The notes beneath the pieces were generated by a model. The model had not been told where the DNA came from. It made no database searches and worked only from the letters and a program-made list of their open reading frames with translations. Of a DNA stretch of 64,000 nt, positions 8,065 to 17,993 are shown piece by piece (positions within the stretch are counted from its first letter, which is position 1; every line of letters begins with the position of its first letter). Made by a program: the position numbers and the translations under genes. Source of the stretch: an uncultured Candidatus Saccharimonas sp. (GTDB lineage: Bacteria > Patescibacteriota > Saccharimonadia > Saccharimonadales > Saccharimonadaceae); assembly GCA_963518805.1 (NCBI GenBank), contig CAUQKG010000001.1, forward strand, positions 133,968-197,967, in the 5' to 3' direction.

Positions 8065-9246
8065 TTATTTTAAAATTTCTAACGCCTTGTTTTTCTGAAT
8101 ATCATTCAATAAATAACTTTCACCCTTTGGTGCGCTTACTTTAATATCTGGCGAAACTCCATTGTTTGAAATATTTTTTCCGCTTGGCGTAAACCATTTT
8201 GCGATCGTAACTTTTAGTAAAGCTCCATTTGGCATATCAATAGTAGTTTGAACACTTCCCTTACCATAAGATTTTTCACCAACAATTTGAGCAGCTTTAT
8301 GTTCTTTTAAAGCTCCTGCAACGATTTCGCTCGCACTAGCCGAGGAGCCGTCAAGCAGAATTACGGTTTTAATACCTTTCAAAGGATTATCACCAGTTGC
8401 TCGAATCTCTTCAACCGTTTTTGAACCAGTTTTTTCACTAACGATCAAAGCATTTTTTTCAAGCCACAAGCTTGCAACGGTTTTTGCAGCCTGAACATAT
8501 CCGCCGCCATTTCCGCGCAAATCTAAAATAACTTTCGAAATTCCCTCATTTTTAATTTCTTCGGCATATTTTTTTGCCAAAACACCAGTTTCACTATCAA
8601 ATCGATAAATTGAAAGTGTTGCAACACCATCTTTCTTCGAGAGTTCTACGCTTGGATTTTCAATTTTCGCACGCGTTACTGAGAATTCTTTCTTTTCATT
8701 TCCACGAACAACACCAATCTTAACAGTTGTTCCAGCATCTCCACGAATTTTTTTGCTAATTTCAGAAGTATTTTCTTTCGAAACGTCTTCACCATTAACT
8801 TTCGAAATCACATCGCCTGCTAAAATTCCTGCACTTTCAGCTGGATTTTTAGCTAAAACTCGCACAACTTTAACAGAGTCGCCATCTTTTGCGAGCTCAA
8901 CACCAATTCCTGTTCCAACATCACCACTTAAGCTTTTATTGAATTCTTCGGCCTCTTTAGAAGTCATATACTCCGTGTATTTGTCTCCTACCGCTTCAAC
9001 TAGACCTTTCGAAGCACCATCGATAATTTTTTGCTTATCAATTTCACCATCAAAATTTGAAGCTAAAGCTTGATAAGTTTTTTCGACATTCGAAAAATCT
9101 ATTCTTTCAACTTTTTTCAGCCCAAAAACTGGTGCGATTAAATTTCTAATATCATCTATTCTTGAGCCACCCGCAAAGCCTAAAACCAGCATAAAAACTG
9201 AAACCAAAACTAGCGTTGAGCGTTCAACTTTTTTACCTCTATCCAT
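8065..9246 (-). CDS. ctpA: S41 carboxyl-terminal processing protease with PDZ domain
   Basis: GIGVEL, PDZ domain, LDLRGNGGG, SASASEIVAGAL, SYGKGSVQ, KWFTPSG. Confidence 0.95.
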   Translation of the reverse strand: MDRGKKVERSTLVLVSVFMLVLGFAGGSRIDDIRNLIAPVFGLKKVERIDFSNVEKTYQALASNFDGEIDKQKIIDGASKGLVEAVGDKYTEYMTSKEAEEFNKSLSGDVGTGIGVELAKDGDSVKVVRVLAKNPAESAGILAGDVISKVNGEDVSKENTSEISKKIRGDAGTTVKIGVVRGNEKKEFSVTRAKIENPSVELSKKDGVATLSIYRFDSETGVLAKKYAEEIKNEGISKVILDLRGNGGGYVQAAKTVASLWLEKNALIVSEKTGSKTVEEIRATGDNPLKGIKTVILLDGSSASASEIVAGALKEHKAAQIVGEKSYGKGSVQTTIDMPNGALLKVTIAKWFTPSGKNISNNGVSPDIKVSAPKGESYLLNDIQKNKALEILK

Positions 9247-9422
9247 AAATTACATTATATCACAAAAGCACAAGCATAACAAAAAATAAGTTCTGAAAGA
9301 TAAGTTTAATATTTAATGCCTTAAAATAATTTGAATTTGCACTGTTCTTATGATGATTTTGCCAAAATTTCTCTTTTCTGTAATTGTGGCAGGTTAGACA
9401 TATTTTAGAAGAGTGTTAAAAT

Positions 9423-9449
9423 AAAAAAAGACCCATTTTTTTGGGTCTT
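9423..9449 (-). terminator. Terminator of the 80-aa orphan gene
   Basis: AAGACCCA/TGGGTCTT stem with a U-tract on the minus strand. Confidence 0.65.
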
Positions 9450-9458
9450 GAAGACTGA

Positions 9459-9701
9459 CTAAAAGTTTTTTCTACTTAGATATTCTTTTTCCCAAGCGAT
9501 TGCCTTTTTTTGAACTTTAAGCTCATATGAAGTTCTTTTCTCTAACCTCATACTTCTAATTTCTTTCCGAGCTTCTTGGTAAAATTTCAGTTGTTCAATT
9601 GCTGGATAAAGTGCATCAGCTATTATTCGTATTAATTCCCTACTATCCTCTATTAATCTTCTATTAAATTCAGCAATAGTTATTTGTTTTTCTTCTGACA
9701 T
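9459..9701 (-). CDS. Hypothetical 80-aa helical protein
   Basis: AGGAGGGG RBS and its own terminator; no recognisable motif. Confidence 0.65.
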   Translation of the reverse strand: MSEEKQITIAEFNRRLIEDSRELIRIIADALYPAIEQLKFYQEARKEIRSMRLEKRTSYELKVQKKAIAWEKEYLSRKNF

Positions 9702-10010
9702 TTTAAACCCCCTCCTGCTGTATACTAAAAAGTATAAAAAATAGTTTTTAGAAAATCAATTTTTTGGAATATTGACTAACTGTCTTTTATATGTGCTTGT
9801 TCATAAACATGGTTTATATTGTTATGAACAGCTTTTCATATTATAACTCAGCTATCCAACAATTACAATAGTAAAATTACATGATTAAATTTAGAAACAT
9901 TTGTATTTTTGTTAAAATTATATCTTTTTTGAATATTTTTATATAAAATACTTTCATTCCATTTAAAAACAACATCTCATTTTCTAAATAATTTAAAGCA
10001 AATAATAAAA

Positions 10011-10035
10011 AGCGAGTCAGATAAACTGGCTCGCT
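10011..10035 (-). terminator. Terminator of the CHAP gene
   Basis: AGCGAG.CAG / CTGGCTCGCT stem, with a U-tract on the minus strand. Confidence 0.65.
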
Positions 10036-10040
10036 AAATA

Positions 10041-11228
10041 TTAATCGAAATACACATATGTATCATAAGTGCTTGCAGGTACAGTCATTGTTGAGAATTG
10101 GCCCCATCTACCATTAACAAAGTAATTATATTGCGAAATCGTAACCATGTTACCATTCACAGCCTCAACCCAAACAATGTGACCATATTGACCGCCGCTC
10201 ATCACACCGAATGATCCAACTTTTGGAGTACTTCCAGTTCGGAATCCTGCTCGCCGTGCGCTAGCCGGCACATCTTTAGCATTACCCCAATATGCAGCGT
10301 TGATACCTTTTGTTGCGCGCAATTTCCATGCAACATAGCTCACGCATTGGCGACAACCATAGCCATAGCCATCTGTTCCATTTCCATCTGCACCACCATA
10401 GCTTACCGCATTCGCATCAACAAAACAGTTTGCATCATTCCAGGGGTAGCTACTTGTTCCAGCAATAGCCTGTGGAAGAGACCCACTACCAGCTGCTCGA
10501 GCTGCACGCAAAATTTGAGCCTGAATCATATCTTGCTGTTGTTTTTGAAGAGCTGCTTTTTGTGAATTTCGCTCATTCGCATATTTTGTATATTCTGCTT
10601 CATCATTTTTAGTCTGAGAAATTAACTCATTCTGCTGGCGAATTTTTTCCTGAAGCGCAGATTCAGCTTGTTGTTGATTAGTTAAAGCAACCTTAACTTC
10701 ATCTCGCTGTTTTTCAAGTTCAGCTTTTGCTCGCTTGATACTATCAACCTTTTCAACCAACTGATTCTTTACTGCACTTTGGTATTCAAAATTGTCAAGC
10801 GCTTTCGAAAGATTGTTGCTTCCTGCGATCCGCTCGATCGGTGTTACATCATCTTCAATTGACATTGCAGCCAAAATAGAGCCTAAAGCACTTCGATTCC
10901 GTTCGATACTTTCTTCATTATTTTTAATTTCAATCTGCAGCTTTTCGTATTGTTTTTGATATATTGCAATTTGAGATTGAATTGTAGCTTTTTCATTTTC
11001 AATACCACTAAGCTCATTCTGAAGTGTTTGTGCTTTATTTCTAAGATCACTTGCGCGAGATTCTGCACCACTAATTTGAGATTCCAGCGCTTTAATTTCT
11101 TTATCGAGCTGTTCAACACTCTTCTCGGCTTCAGCACTTTTTGGTAAAGCTGCAATAACACCAGCGACAACAACTCCAAGAGAAATTGCGCCATTTATCA
11201 CTAAATTCTTCTTCTTAATCTTTTTCAT
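10041..11228 (-). CDS. PcsB/CwlO-like secreted peptidoglycan hydrolase (coiled coil plus CHAP domain)
   Basis: Signal peptide from MKKIKKK (11228), long coiled coil, then QCVSYVAW, WGNA and YGHIVWVE CHAP motifs. Directly downstream of ftsEX. Confidence 0.88.
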   Translation of the reverse strand: MKKIKKKNLVINGAISLGVVVAGVIAALPKSAEAEKSVEQLDKEIKALESQISGAESRASDLRNKAQTLQNELSGIENEKATIQSQIAIYQKQYEKLQIEIKNNEESIERNRSALGSILAAMSIEDDVTPIERIAGSNNLSKALDNFEYQSAVKNQLVEKVDSIKRAKAELEKQRDEVKVALTNQQQAESALQEKIRQQNELISQTKNDEAEYTKYANERNSQKAALQKQQQDMIQAQILRAARAAGSGSLPQAIAGTSSYPWNDANCFVDANAVSYGGADGNGTDGYGYGCRQCVSYVAWKLRATKGINAAYWGNAKDVPASARRAGFRTGSTPKVGSFGVMSGGQYGHIVWVEAVNGNMVTISQYNYFVNGRWGQFSTMTVPASTYDTYVYFD

Positions 11229-11304
11229 AGTTATTTTTCTTTTTATTTTAACTTTATTATTAAATAGATTATACCACAATCTTTTTTCGAAAACAAGCCC
11301 CTTT

Positions 11305-12336
11305 CTATATTTTTAGATATTTTCTTGTTGCCGTAAATGCCGAAACAACGCCAATAAATGAACCAACAACTACCAGCCCCAGAACAACCAAAAATCCATA
11401 AACTTGCAAGAATGAAATTACAGGCGAAATGATAATTCCATAAGCTTCGAGCCGAGATTTCGAAAGAAAAATTATAGTATAGCCAATTATTGAGGCTAAA
11501 ATTGCTGCGATTGTTCCGCAAATCACTGCTTCAACCAAAAATGGTCCAGCAATAAAACTTTTATTTGCACCAATTAATTTCATCATATAAATCTCTTCTC
11601 TACGGTTAAAAATAGCCATTCGAATTGTATTAAAAATAATTAAACTAGCAATGATTACAAAAATTGAGCCAGCTAAAATTCCAACTTTTTCAGCAAAATT
11701 AATTGTATTTGAGATATTTTTAATAATCTCGTTTCGATCACTTGCATATGTTGGTGGATGATCTGGATCGAGATTTGATTTAATTAGCTTATTATTTTCA
11801 ACAAGATTTTTTAACTCTGTTGAATTCGAAATATCCACAAGTTTAACATTAAAAATTCCAAAAAATTCATTGTTCGATTCAATTAAGGCTTTTCGAATAT
11901 CCGCATCAGCCGAATTTTTTCGAGCAAATCTATCACGTGCCTCTTGTGGTGAAGTGTATGTTATATCTGTAACTGAAGGTAAATCTTTAATTGCTTTTTG
12001 CATTTTTAAAATATCAGAATTTGAAACACCTTTTTTAAGATAGATAGACATATCGACTTTATTTTTAATGTCATCAACCGTATCCATCAAAATTGAACGT
12101 GCAAGGAGTGAACCAAAAATAATCACCAAAGTAACAGTCATCACAGCAGTTGCGGCAACCGAAAGCCAAGCATTTCGAACAAAGCTATTTGCACCATATT
12201 TTGTAATTCGCCAAAGAGTTAAAGTTTTGCGGCGACGCTGTTTATGTTGCATAATAACTTTCGAATTTTGTTTTTTTCTACCTTGCCGCACTTGAGAGCC
12301 TTTAATTTTATGATGTTTTAAATTTTCCTCTCTCAT
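11305..12336 (-). CDS. ftsX: Cell-division ABC permease FtsX
   Basis: RNAWLSVAA, IIFNTIRMAIFNRREEIYMMKLIGAN..FI.GPFLVE; coupled to ftsE. Confidence 0.95.
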   Translation of the reverse strand: MREENLKHHKIKGSQVRQGRKKQNSKVIMQHKQRRRKTLTLWRITKYGANSFVRNAWLSVAATAVMTVTLVIIFGSLLARSILMDTVDDIKNKVDMSIYLKKGVSNSDILKMQKAIKDLPSVTDITYTSPQEARDRFARKNSADADIRKALIESNNEFFGIFNVKLVDISNSTELKNLVENNKLIKSNLDPDHPPTYASDRNEIIKNISNTINFAEKVGILAGSIFVIIASLIIFNTIRMAIFNRREEIYMMKLIGANKSFIAGPFLVEAVICGTIAAILASIIGYTIIFLSKSRLEAYGIIISPVISFLQVYGFLVVLGLVVVGSFIGVVSAFTATRKYLKI

Positions 12337-13019
12337 TATTGCCTATACTCCCCTTGTGATTGGTCGTGAGTAATTTTTCCACCATTTAAGGTAATTACAC
12401 GCCGTTTAAGTTTATTTACAATTTCAACATTATGCGTAGTTAAGACAACTGTTGTTCCGTAATCATTAATTTTTTCAAGTAGTCTAATAATATCCCAACT
12501 GTGCTTTGGGTCAAGATTCCCCGTTGGTTCATCGGCAATTAGAATTTTTGGCTGGCGAGCAATTGCGCGGGCGATCGCCACACGCTGCCTTTCACCACCA
12601 CTTAACTGATGTGGAAAATTTCCCTCTTTTCCTTCAAGGCCAACAAGCTTAATAACTTTTGGAACAGTCGCTTTAATCTCATGATTAGTCATTCCGGCAA
12701 TTTCAAGTGCAAAAGCTACATTTTCGAAAACGGTTCGATTTGGCAAAAGCTTAAAATCTTGAAAAATAACACCAATTCGGCGCCGCAAAAGTGGAATATC
12801 CTTATCTCGCAATTTGTCATAATCAATTCCACCAACAACAATTTTACCGCTGGTTTGTTTTTCTTCACGAGTGAGCATTTTTAAAAGTGAAGATTTTCCT
12901 GCACCACTCGTTCCAACCAAAATAACAAACTCTTTTGGCTTAATATGAAGGCTAACCCTGTTAATCGCAGGAGTTTTTGAATTACCATAAACTTTTGTCA
13001 CACGATCTAATAATATCAT
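12336..13019 (-). CDS. ftsE: Cell-division ATP-binding protein FtsE
   Basis: GTSGAGKS, LRRRIGVIFQDFKLL, LSGGERQRVAIARA, ADEPTGNLDP. Confidence 0.96.
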   Translation of the reverse strand: MILLDRVTKVYGNSKTPAINRVSLHIKPKEFVILVGTSGAGKSSLLKMLTREEKQTSGKIVVGGIDYDKLRDKDIPLLRRRIGVIFQDFKLLPNRTVFENVAFALEIAGMTNHEIKATVPKVIKLVGLEGKEGNFPHQLSGGERQRVAIARAIARQPKILIADEPTGNLDPKHSWDIIRLLEKINDYGTTVVLTTHNVEIVNKLKRRVITLNGGKITHDQSQGEYRQ

Positions 13020-13105
13020 CACTTTTTATTATACCAGCTTTTTTCAAAGTGTTCAAGCTTATTTAAAAATTTTAACTAAAATCACCCTTTCGAGTGATTT
13101 TAGAG

Positions 13106-13663
13106 TTATTTTTTAGCTTTTTTCTTTCGAAGAAGCTGTGCTGTATAGTTTTCTGGTGAATCTGCGGTTCTATCGATTCCTAGAACTTCTAGAACATCCC
13201 ACAATTCTTGGCGAATCACATCTGGATTATCACCTTTTTTCACCTCTCGTTCAAGTTTAATGAAAGTTCCTAATCCTTCAACATCATCTAAAAAGAAAGT
13301 GGTATCTTCAACCTGAAGTTTTTGGCGGTTTCGAAGCACCTCAACTTTCATTTCAAAACCAAGTTGCTGAACAATATGCGCTGTTTCAGAATAATTTAAA
13401 ACTGGCGTTTCATGAATTAAATCAACATTTTCAGCATCAATATGGCGCTTTTGAATTAACTGATACCAAGGTTTGCGTTTTGGATCAATAATCTCTGTTC
13501 GAATCATTAACTTTGGTAAATTTCTACTTGGCTGAAAACCTCGTGGTAAAAATACGCGATCGTTCTGAAAAATAACTCGCCCAAAATCATGCCCCGTATC
13601 CGTTATTCTTTTAATAAAATCAACCTTATTTTTAATTTTTGCCTTTACGATAACTTTCTTCAT
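13106..13663 (-). CDS. CYTH-fold (class IV adenylyl cyclase/triphosphate tunnel) protein, degenerate
   Basis: Q.D..F, L.IR, E.T, LGF...EV.R.R and FLDDVEGLG.F.KLE pattern; the N-terminal ExExK reads KVIVK. Confidence 0.65.
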   Translation of the reverse strand: MKKVIVKAKIKNKVDFIKRITDTGHDFGRVIFQNDRVFLPRGFQPSRNLPKLMIRTEIIDPKRKPWYQLIQKRHIDAENVDLIHETPVLNYSETAHIVQQLGFEMKVEVLRNRQKLQVEDTTFFLDDVEGLGTFIKLEREVKKGDNPDVIRQELWDVLEVLGIDRTADSPENYTAQLLRKKKAKK

Positions 13664-13684
13664 GATTCGATTATATCATATTAT

Positions 13685-14485
13685 TTAGATTTCGCCAAGA
13701 CGCTCACGCTTCAACCTTTGACGAGATTGCTCCGCCAAACAGACCGTAGCGGCCATTGCCACATTTAAGCTTTCAATTTCGCCAACCTGCGGAATCATTA
13801 CTTGATTTTCAATTTTTGAAAGTAGCTCACTAGAAACACCAGAACCTTCATTACCAAAAATCCAAGCCGTTTTTGTTGTAAAATCCTCATCATAAATTAA
13901 TTTTTCAGCCCTCAAACTTGTAGCAAAAACTGGAACTTGCATTTTATCAACTAATAAATTTAAATCTTGGTTTTCGAAAATTTTTAGTTTAAAATGCGCC
14001 CCCATTCCAGATCGCAGCACCTTTGGAGACCAAGCCGAAACAGTCCCTTTCGAGCAAATAATTTGTTCAACACCAAAACCGACCGCACTACGCAAAATCG
14101 TGCCAAGATTACCCGGATCTTGAATCTTTTCAAGAAAAATCGTATCTTTTCGAAAGTCGACATCTTGAAAAGTTGATATTTTTACAACAAAAAGTATTCC
14201 AACGCCTTCAATTACGGGGCTAATTTTGGTATAAATATTCGGCTCAAGCTCAACAATTTTAACGCCAAGCTCTTCACATTTTTTAATCACTTGTTCAACC
14301 TCAAAACTTTTAGAAGAACTTGAGACAACGCAAATCTCTGGCGAACCAAAAGCTTTAAGCCATTCGCTAGCCAAATGAACACCCTCAATAATAGTTAGCC
14401 CCTGTTTATTTCGAAAGCTTTGTTTATTCGAAAGTTGAACAAGTTTTTTAGCCAAAGGGTTTTGCGATGAACTAATTTTTTTCAT
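13685..14485 (-). CDS. TrmH/SpoU-family RNA 2'-O-methyltransferase
   Basis: IQDPGNLGTILRS, FGNEGSG, ESLNVAMAA. Confidence 0.93.
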   Translation of the reverse strand: MKKISSSQNPLAKKLVQLSNKQSFRNKQGLTIIEGVHLASEWLKAFGSPEICVVSSSSKSFEVEQVIKKCEELGVKIVELEPNIYTKISPVIEGVGILFVVKISTFQDVDFRKDTIFLEKIQDPGNLGTILRSAVGFGVEQIICSKGTVSAWSPKVLRSGMGAHFKLKIFENQDLNLLVDKMQVPVFATSLRAEKLIYDEDFTTKTAWIFGNEGSGVSSELLSKIENQVMIPQVGEIESLNVAMAATVCLAEQSRQRLKRERLGEI

Positions 14486-15834
14486 TAAATCTCGCTCGAT
14501 TTTACACGAATTTGTGAAGCGTCATCTCGATTTCGAACACTCACCAAGCCATCGCCCTCAATTGTGTCAAAATCAATCACAACAACTTTTGGTACACCAA
14601 TCTCATCGGCCTTAGCATAAACTTTTCCAACTTTTCCGCTCAAATCAAATTCAACATTTTTGTATTTTTGGCGAAGTTCAAGATAAATTTCTCGCGCTTT
14701 TTCAACCAAAGCTTCTTTATTTTTAAGAAGTGGCGCCACAATAATTTTTGTTGGAGCAAGATTTTCAGGCAATGCCAAAAAGATACGAGTTTTGCCATCG
14801 GTTTCAACCTCGCGATAAGCGTTCGAAAGAACTGCCATCAAAAGCCGTTCAATACCAAAACTTGGCTCAATCACATGAGGAATGAATTTTTTGCGCGTTT
14901 GCTTATCGGTGTATTCCATACTTTTACCACTTGCTCGCTGGATATTCGCAAGGTCAAAATCAGTGCGATAAGCAATCCCCATCAATTCTTCTTTACCGAT
15001 TGGGTAATTAAATTCAAAATCAACAGTGCGCTTCGAATAATGCGCGCGATCTTCTTCTGGAACTTCAAGTTCAAACAAAGACTCTTTTGGAAGACCCATT
15101 TTTTCAGTCAAAAATTCCCGAACCAAATCAAGTAATTTTTCAAATTCAGCCTCCCAATTCTCAGGATCTACAAAGTATTCAATTTCCATTTGCTCAAACT
15201 CACGAGAGCGAAAAACAAAATCTCGGGGCGAAATCTCGTTTCGAAAAGCCTTTCCTTGTTGCGCAAGACCAAATGGCAAGCTTGGGTAAAACGAATCAAC
15301 TACATTTTTGTAATTAGTAAAAATTCCCTGAGCAGTTTCTGGCCGAAGATATGCGGTTGAATTTTCATTCACCACTGCGCCAACATTAGTTTGGAACATC
15401 ATGTTGAAACTTCGAACTTCACTAAGCCCATTTCCTTTTGGCGATTTTAAGCCTTGCTCACGGATAATTTCAGTGATTTTTTCGTTCGAAAGTCCTTCTG
15501 CCTCAATTCCAGCGTCTTTTAAAAGGTGATCTGCACGATATCGCTCACCCGTTTTTAAATCTTCAACCAAAGGGTCGGCAAAAGTTGCAGCATGACCGCT
15601 TGCCTGCCAGACTTTTGGATTCATGATAATTGCAGCATCAACGCCAAACATATCTTCACGATTTTCAACAAAGAAACTCCACCATTCGTTCATAATTTTG
15701 CGCTTTAAAGCTAGCCCGAGTGGGCCGTAGTCCCAAGTTCCACGCATTCCGCCATAAACTTCACTACCCTGCCAAATAAAACCACGCCGTTTAGCAAGAC
15801 TAACAATTTTATCCATCAAATCTTCGTTCTTCAT
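14485..15834 (-). CDS. glyQS: Glycine--tRNA ligase (alpha2 type)
   Basis: YGG...WDYGPLG, LRPETAQGIF, GKAFRNEISPR..FRSREFEQMEIEYF, AHYS, VIEPSFGIERL. Confidence 0.97.
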   Translation of the reverse strand: MKNEDLMDKIVSLAKRRGFIWQGSEVYGGMRGTWDYGPLGLALKRKIMNEWWSFFVENREDMFGVDAAIIMNPKVWQASGHAATFADPLVEDLKTGERYRADHLLKDAGIEAEGLSNEKITEIIREQGLKSPKGNGLSEVRSFNMMFQTNVGAVVNENSTAYLRPETAQGIFTNYKNVVDSFYPSLPFGLAQQGKAFRNEISPRDFVFRSREFEQMEIEYFVDPENWEAEFEKLLDLVREFLTEKMGLPKESLFELEVPEEDRAHYSKRTVDFEFNYPIGKEELMGIAYRTDFDLANIQRASGKSMEYTDKQTRKKFIPHVIEPSFGIERLLMAVLSNAYREVETDGKTRIFLALPENLAPTKIIVAPLLKNKEALVEKAREIYLELRQKYKNVEFDLSGKVGKVYAKADEIGVPKVVVIDFDTIEGDGLVSVRNRDDASQIRVKSSEI

Positions 15835-15915
15835 TTTTCCTCCGTATAATCTTTTAACTATTATACCAAAAAAGCTCCCGTTTTTCGAGAGCTTTTTGTT
15901 TAAATTGCTATAAAA

Positions 15916-17220
15916 TTAGATTTTTATTTTTGCCAATTTTTTGCGAAAAACTACTGCAGTAGTTACGCCCAAAATAGCAAAAGCTAGAATAATGAAATTT
16001 TGAGATTTTTCGAAACCAGTGTTTGGAGCTTGAACTTTCCCTTCTGAAGGCTTTTCAGCTTTTGGTGTCTCAACAGCTGGCTGTGGCTGAGCTGGAGTTG
16101 GCGCAGGAGCAGGTTTTTGCGGTTTTACCTCAGGCTTGCGAATTTTGGCATAGGTTTCTACGTTGCTTCCGAAAATTGGCACACTTCCATTAAATCCCCT
16201 CTTATCAATAGTATTTCCGTTAGGGGCAACTAAATCAACTATATGTTTAATATTATTGACCGTTCCATTTTTAATGGCCGAACCATCTACCACCTTTATA
16301 GAAGAAATCCAGCCCCTATAGATACCATCTACTGCGGGTGCATCTTTAATAAATTCAAGAACTATCTCAGTCTCAGAGCGAGAAACAACCTTTAACTCCA
16401 TAGAAGACCCACCAACAAAGTAAACGCCATATTTATTTACAGGAGTGGAAGCGGTTATACTTTCACGCATTCTGTTTAACAATACAGTTGAGTCAACAGG
16501 ATAGGTCTTATCATCAAAACGGATTGAAGAATCTTCGGTCATAGTAATTTTAATCTTAGAACCAGCCTTAGTATGGTCATTCTTGGAATAAACTATAGTT
16601 GGACCAAAGACAGAACCACCGCTATTAGAGTTAAATTGACCCCCGCTAAGACCAGCAACTGTCTTATTTATATTTATCAGAGGCTGTTTCGTGAGCTTAA
16701 CATCTTCACCTTTTAAAGTGGTACTACCGATAATTTTAGTTTCTACAGTAACATCACGATTTACATATGAGAAATAGTTAGCATTATTATTAGAAATAGA
16801 GGTTTTAAAATCGGCATATTTTTCAATATTCTTATTGAAAACAATTTTCCCTTGCCAGACAGTAGATCCTGGTTTCGCATTTTCATCATTGCGAACAACA
16901 CTTGAGACATTTAATCCGTGCCCATCGCTATAAATCTTATCTACAGAAATAATACCAATTTTATCATTATTGTATTTCAAGTCAACACTATTACTCGGAA
17001 TCAACGATATGTTTTCAGCACGAAAAGTCGCCCAGTCCCCTTCTTTAACATTCTGACCAGAAATATCAATAGACCATTCGCGGCCACTACTCTTAATCCT
17101 CTTAGGCTCAATCTTTAACTGGCTAGTTATATCCTTAGCAGCAAAGGCCGAAGAACCAAAGCTAACTATCGAAAATAACGCAGCAAGAATAAAAATTGAT
17201 ATTTTACTTCGAAAATTCAT
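15916..17220 (-). CDS. Secreted Ig-like surface adhesin with Pro-rich stalk and APNTG-TM-basic tail
   Basis: Signal peptide ending AFA; beta-rich body; PAPAPTPAQPQP stalk; VQAPNTGFE, then a hydrophobic helix and RKK. Confidence 0.8.
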   Translation of the reverse strand: MNFRSKISIFILAALFSIVSFGSSAFAAKDITSQLKIEPKRIKSSGREWSIDISGQNVKEGDWATFRAENISLIPSNSVDLKYNNDKIGIISVDKIYSDGHGLNVSSVVRNDENAKPGSTVWQGKIVFNKNIEKYADFKTSISNNNANYFSYVNRDVTVETKIIGSTTLKGEDVKLTKQPLININKTVAGLSGGQFNSNSGGSVFGPTIVYSKNDHTKAGSKIKITMTEDSSIRFDDKTYPVDSTVLLNRMRESITASTPVNKYGVYFVGGSSMELKVVSRSETEIVLEFIKDAPAVDGIYRGWISSIKVVDGSAIKNGTVNNIKHIVDLVAPNGNTIDKRGFNGSVPIFGSNVETYAKIRKPEVKPQKPAPAPTPAQPQPAVETPKAEKPSEGKVQAPNTGFEKSQNFIILAFAILGVTTAVVFRKKLAKIKI

Positions 17221-17321
17221 TTTTTCTCCCTTTTTAATTATATAAACACTTATGCTTAAAATTATTATACCACTTTCTTTTTTAAAAGTAAATAATAAAA
17301 ATAGACTTTCGAAAGCCTATT

Positions 17322-17993
17322 TTAAAATCTTGGAATTATCTCTTCAATTTTGTTCAAAAAAATATCACAACCTTTAATTTTTGAAACAACTTTTGGCTCG
17401 CTTGAAACCATTAGTCGCAAAAATTTAATATCATTTGCATCAAATTTACCATTAAAACTTTCCACAAAAACCTTATCATAAAAATCAAAATCATACTTTA
17501 AATTTGCCTGCAATTTCTTACCATTTTTATCTGTTTCAAGATTAATCTCATCGCCAGAAAATTCTGCAATTTTAAGAATAAACCATTTTCGAACCAAATC
17601 TAAGCTAATCTCAAAATCATTCAAACTGCGAAATACTTTTAATAAAATTTCGAAAAATTCAGCTGATTCAATATGCTCGCAAAGATTCGAAACCTTTTTA
17701 ATTGCTTGGTAGGCAAAATCAGTTCTTTCAAAATCTTTCAAAATTCCACCAAAAAACTCGCACATTCGCGCTGAAGAAAGCGTTTTTATTTCGCTTTTTC
17801 CTTCAATTAAAACCACTTCATTTAGCGAAAAAAACTCAATTCCACCAGCAAGCTTTGACTTTGGTTTTCGAACGCCACGCGCAATTGCCACCTGCTTACC
17901 ATTTGGAGTTAATAAATTCACAATTCGGTCGGCCTCGCCAAAATCAGTTCGTCGCAAAACTATAGCCAGAGTTTTTTTTCGTGAATTATTCAT
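17322..17993 (-). CDS. recO: DNA repair protein RecO
   Basis: AIVLRRTDFGEADRIVNLLT..GK..AIARGVRKPKSKLAG.IE.F. Confidence 0.95.
   Translation of the reverse strand: MNNSRKKTLAIVLRRTDFGEADRIVNLLTPNGKQVAIARGVRKPKSKLAGGIEFFSLNEVVLIEGKSEIKTLSSARMCEFFGGILKDFERTDFAYQAIKKVSNLCEHIESAEFFEILLKVFRSLNDFEISLDLVRKWFILKIAEFSGDEINLETDKNGKKLQANLKYDFDFYDKVFVESFNGKFDANDIKFLRLMVSSEPKVVSKIKGCDIFLNKIEEIIPRF

Noticed and set aside
9290..9410. Short ORFs in the ctpA upstream gap
   Set aside because: At most ~17 codons from an ATG, with no RBS; not supportable.
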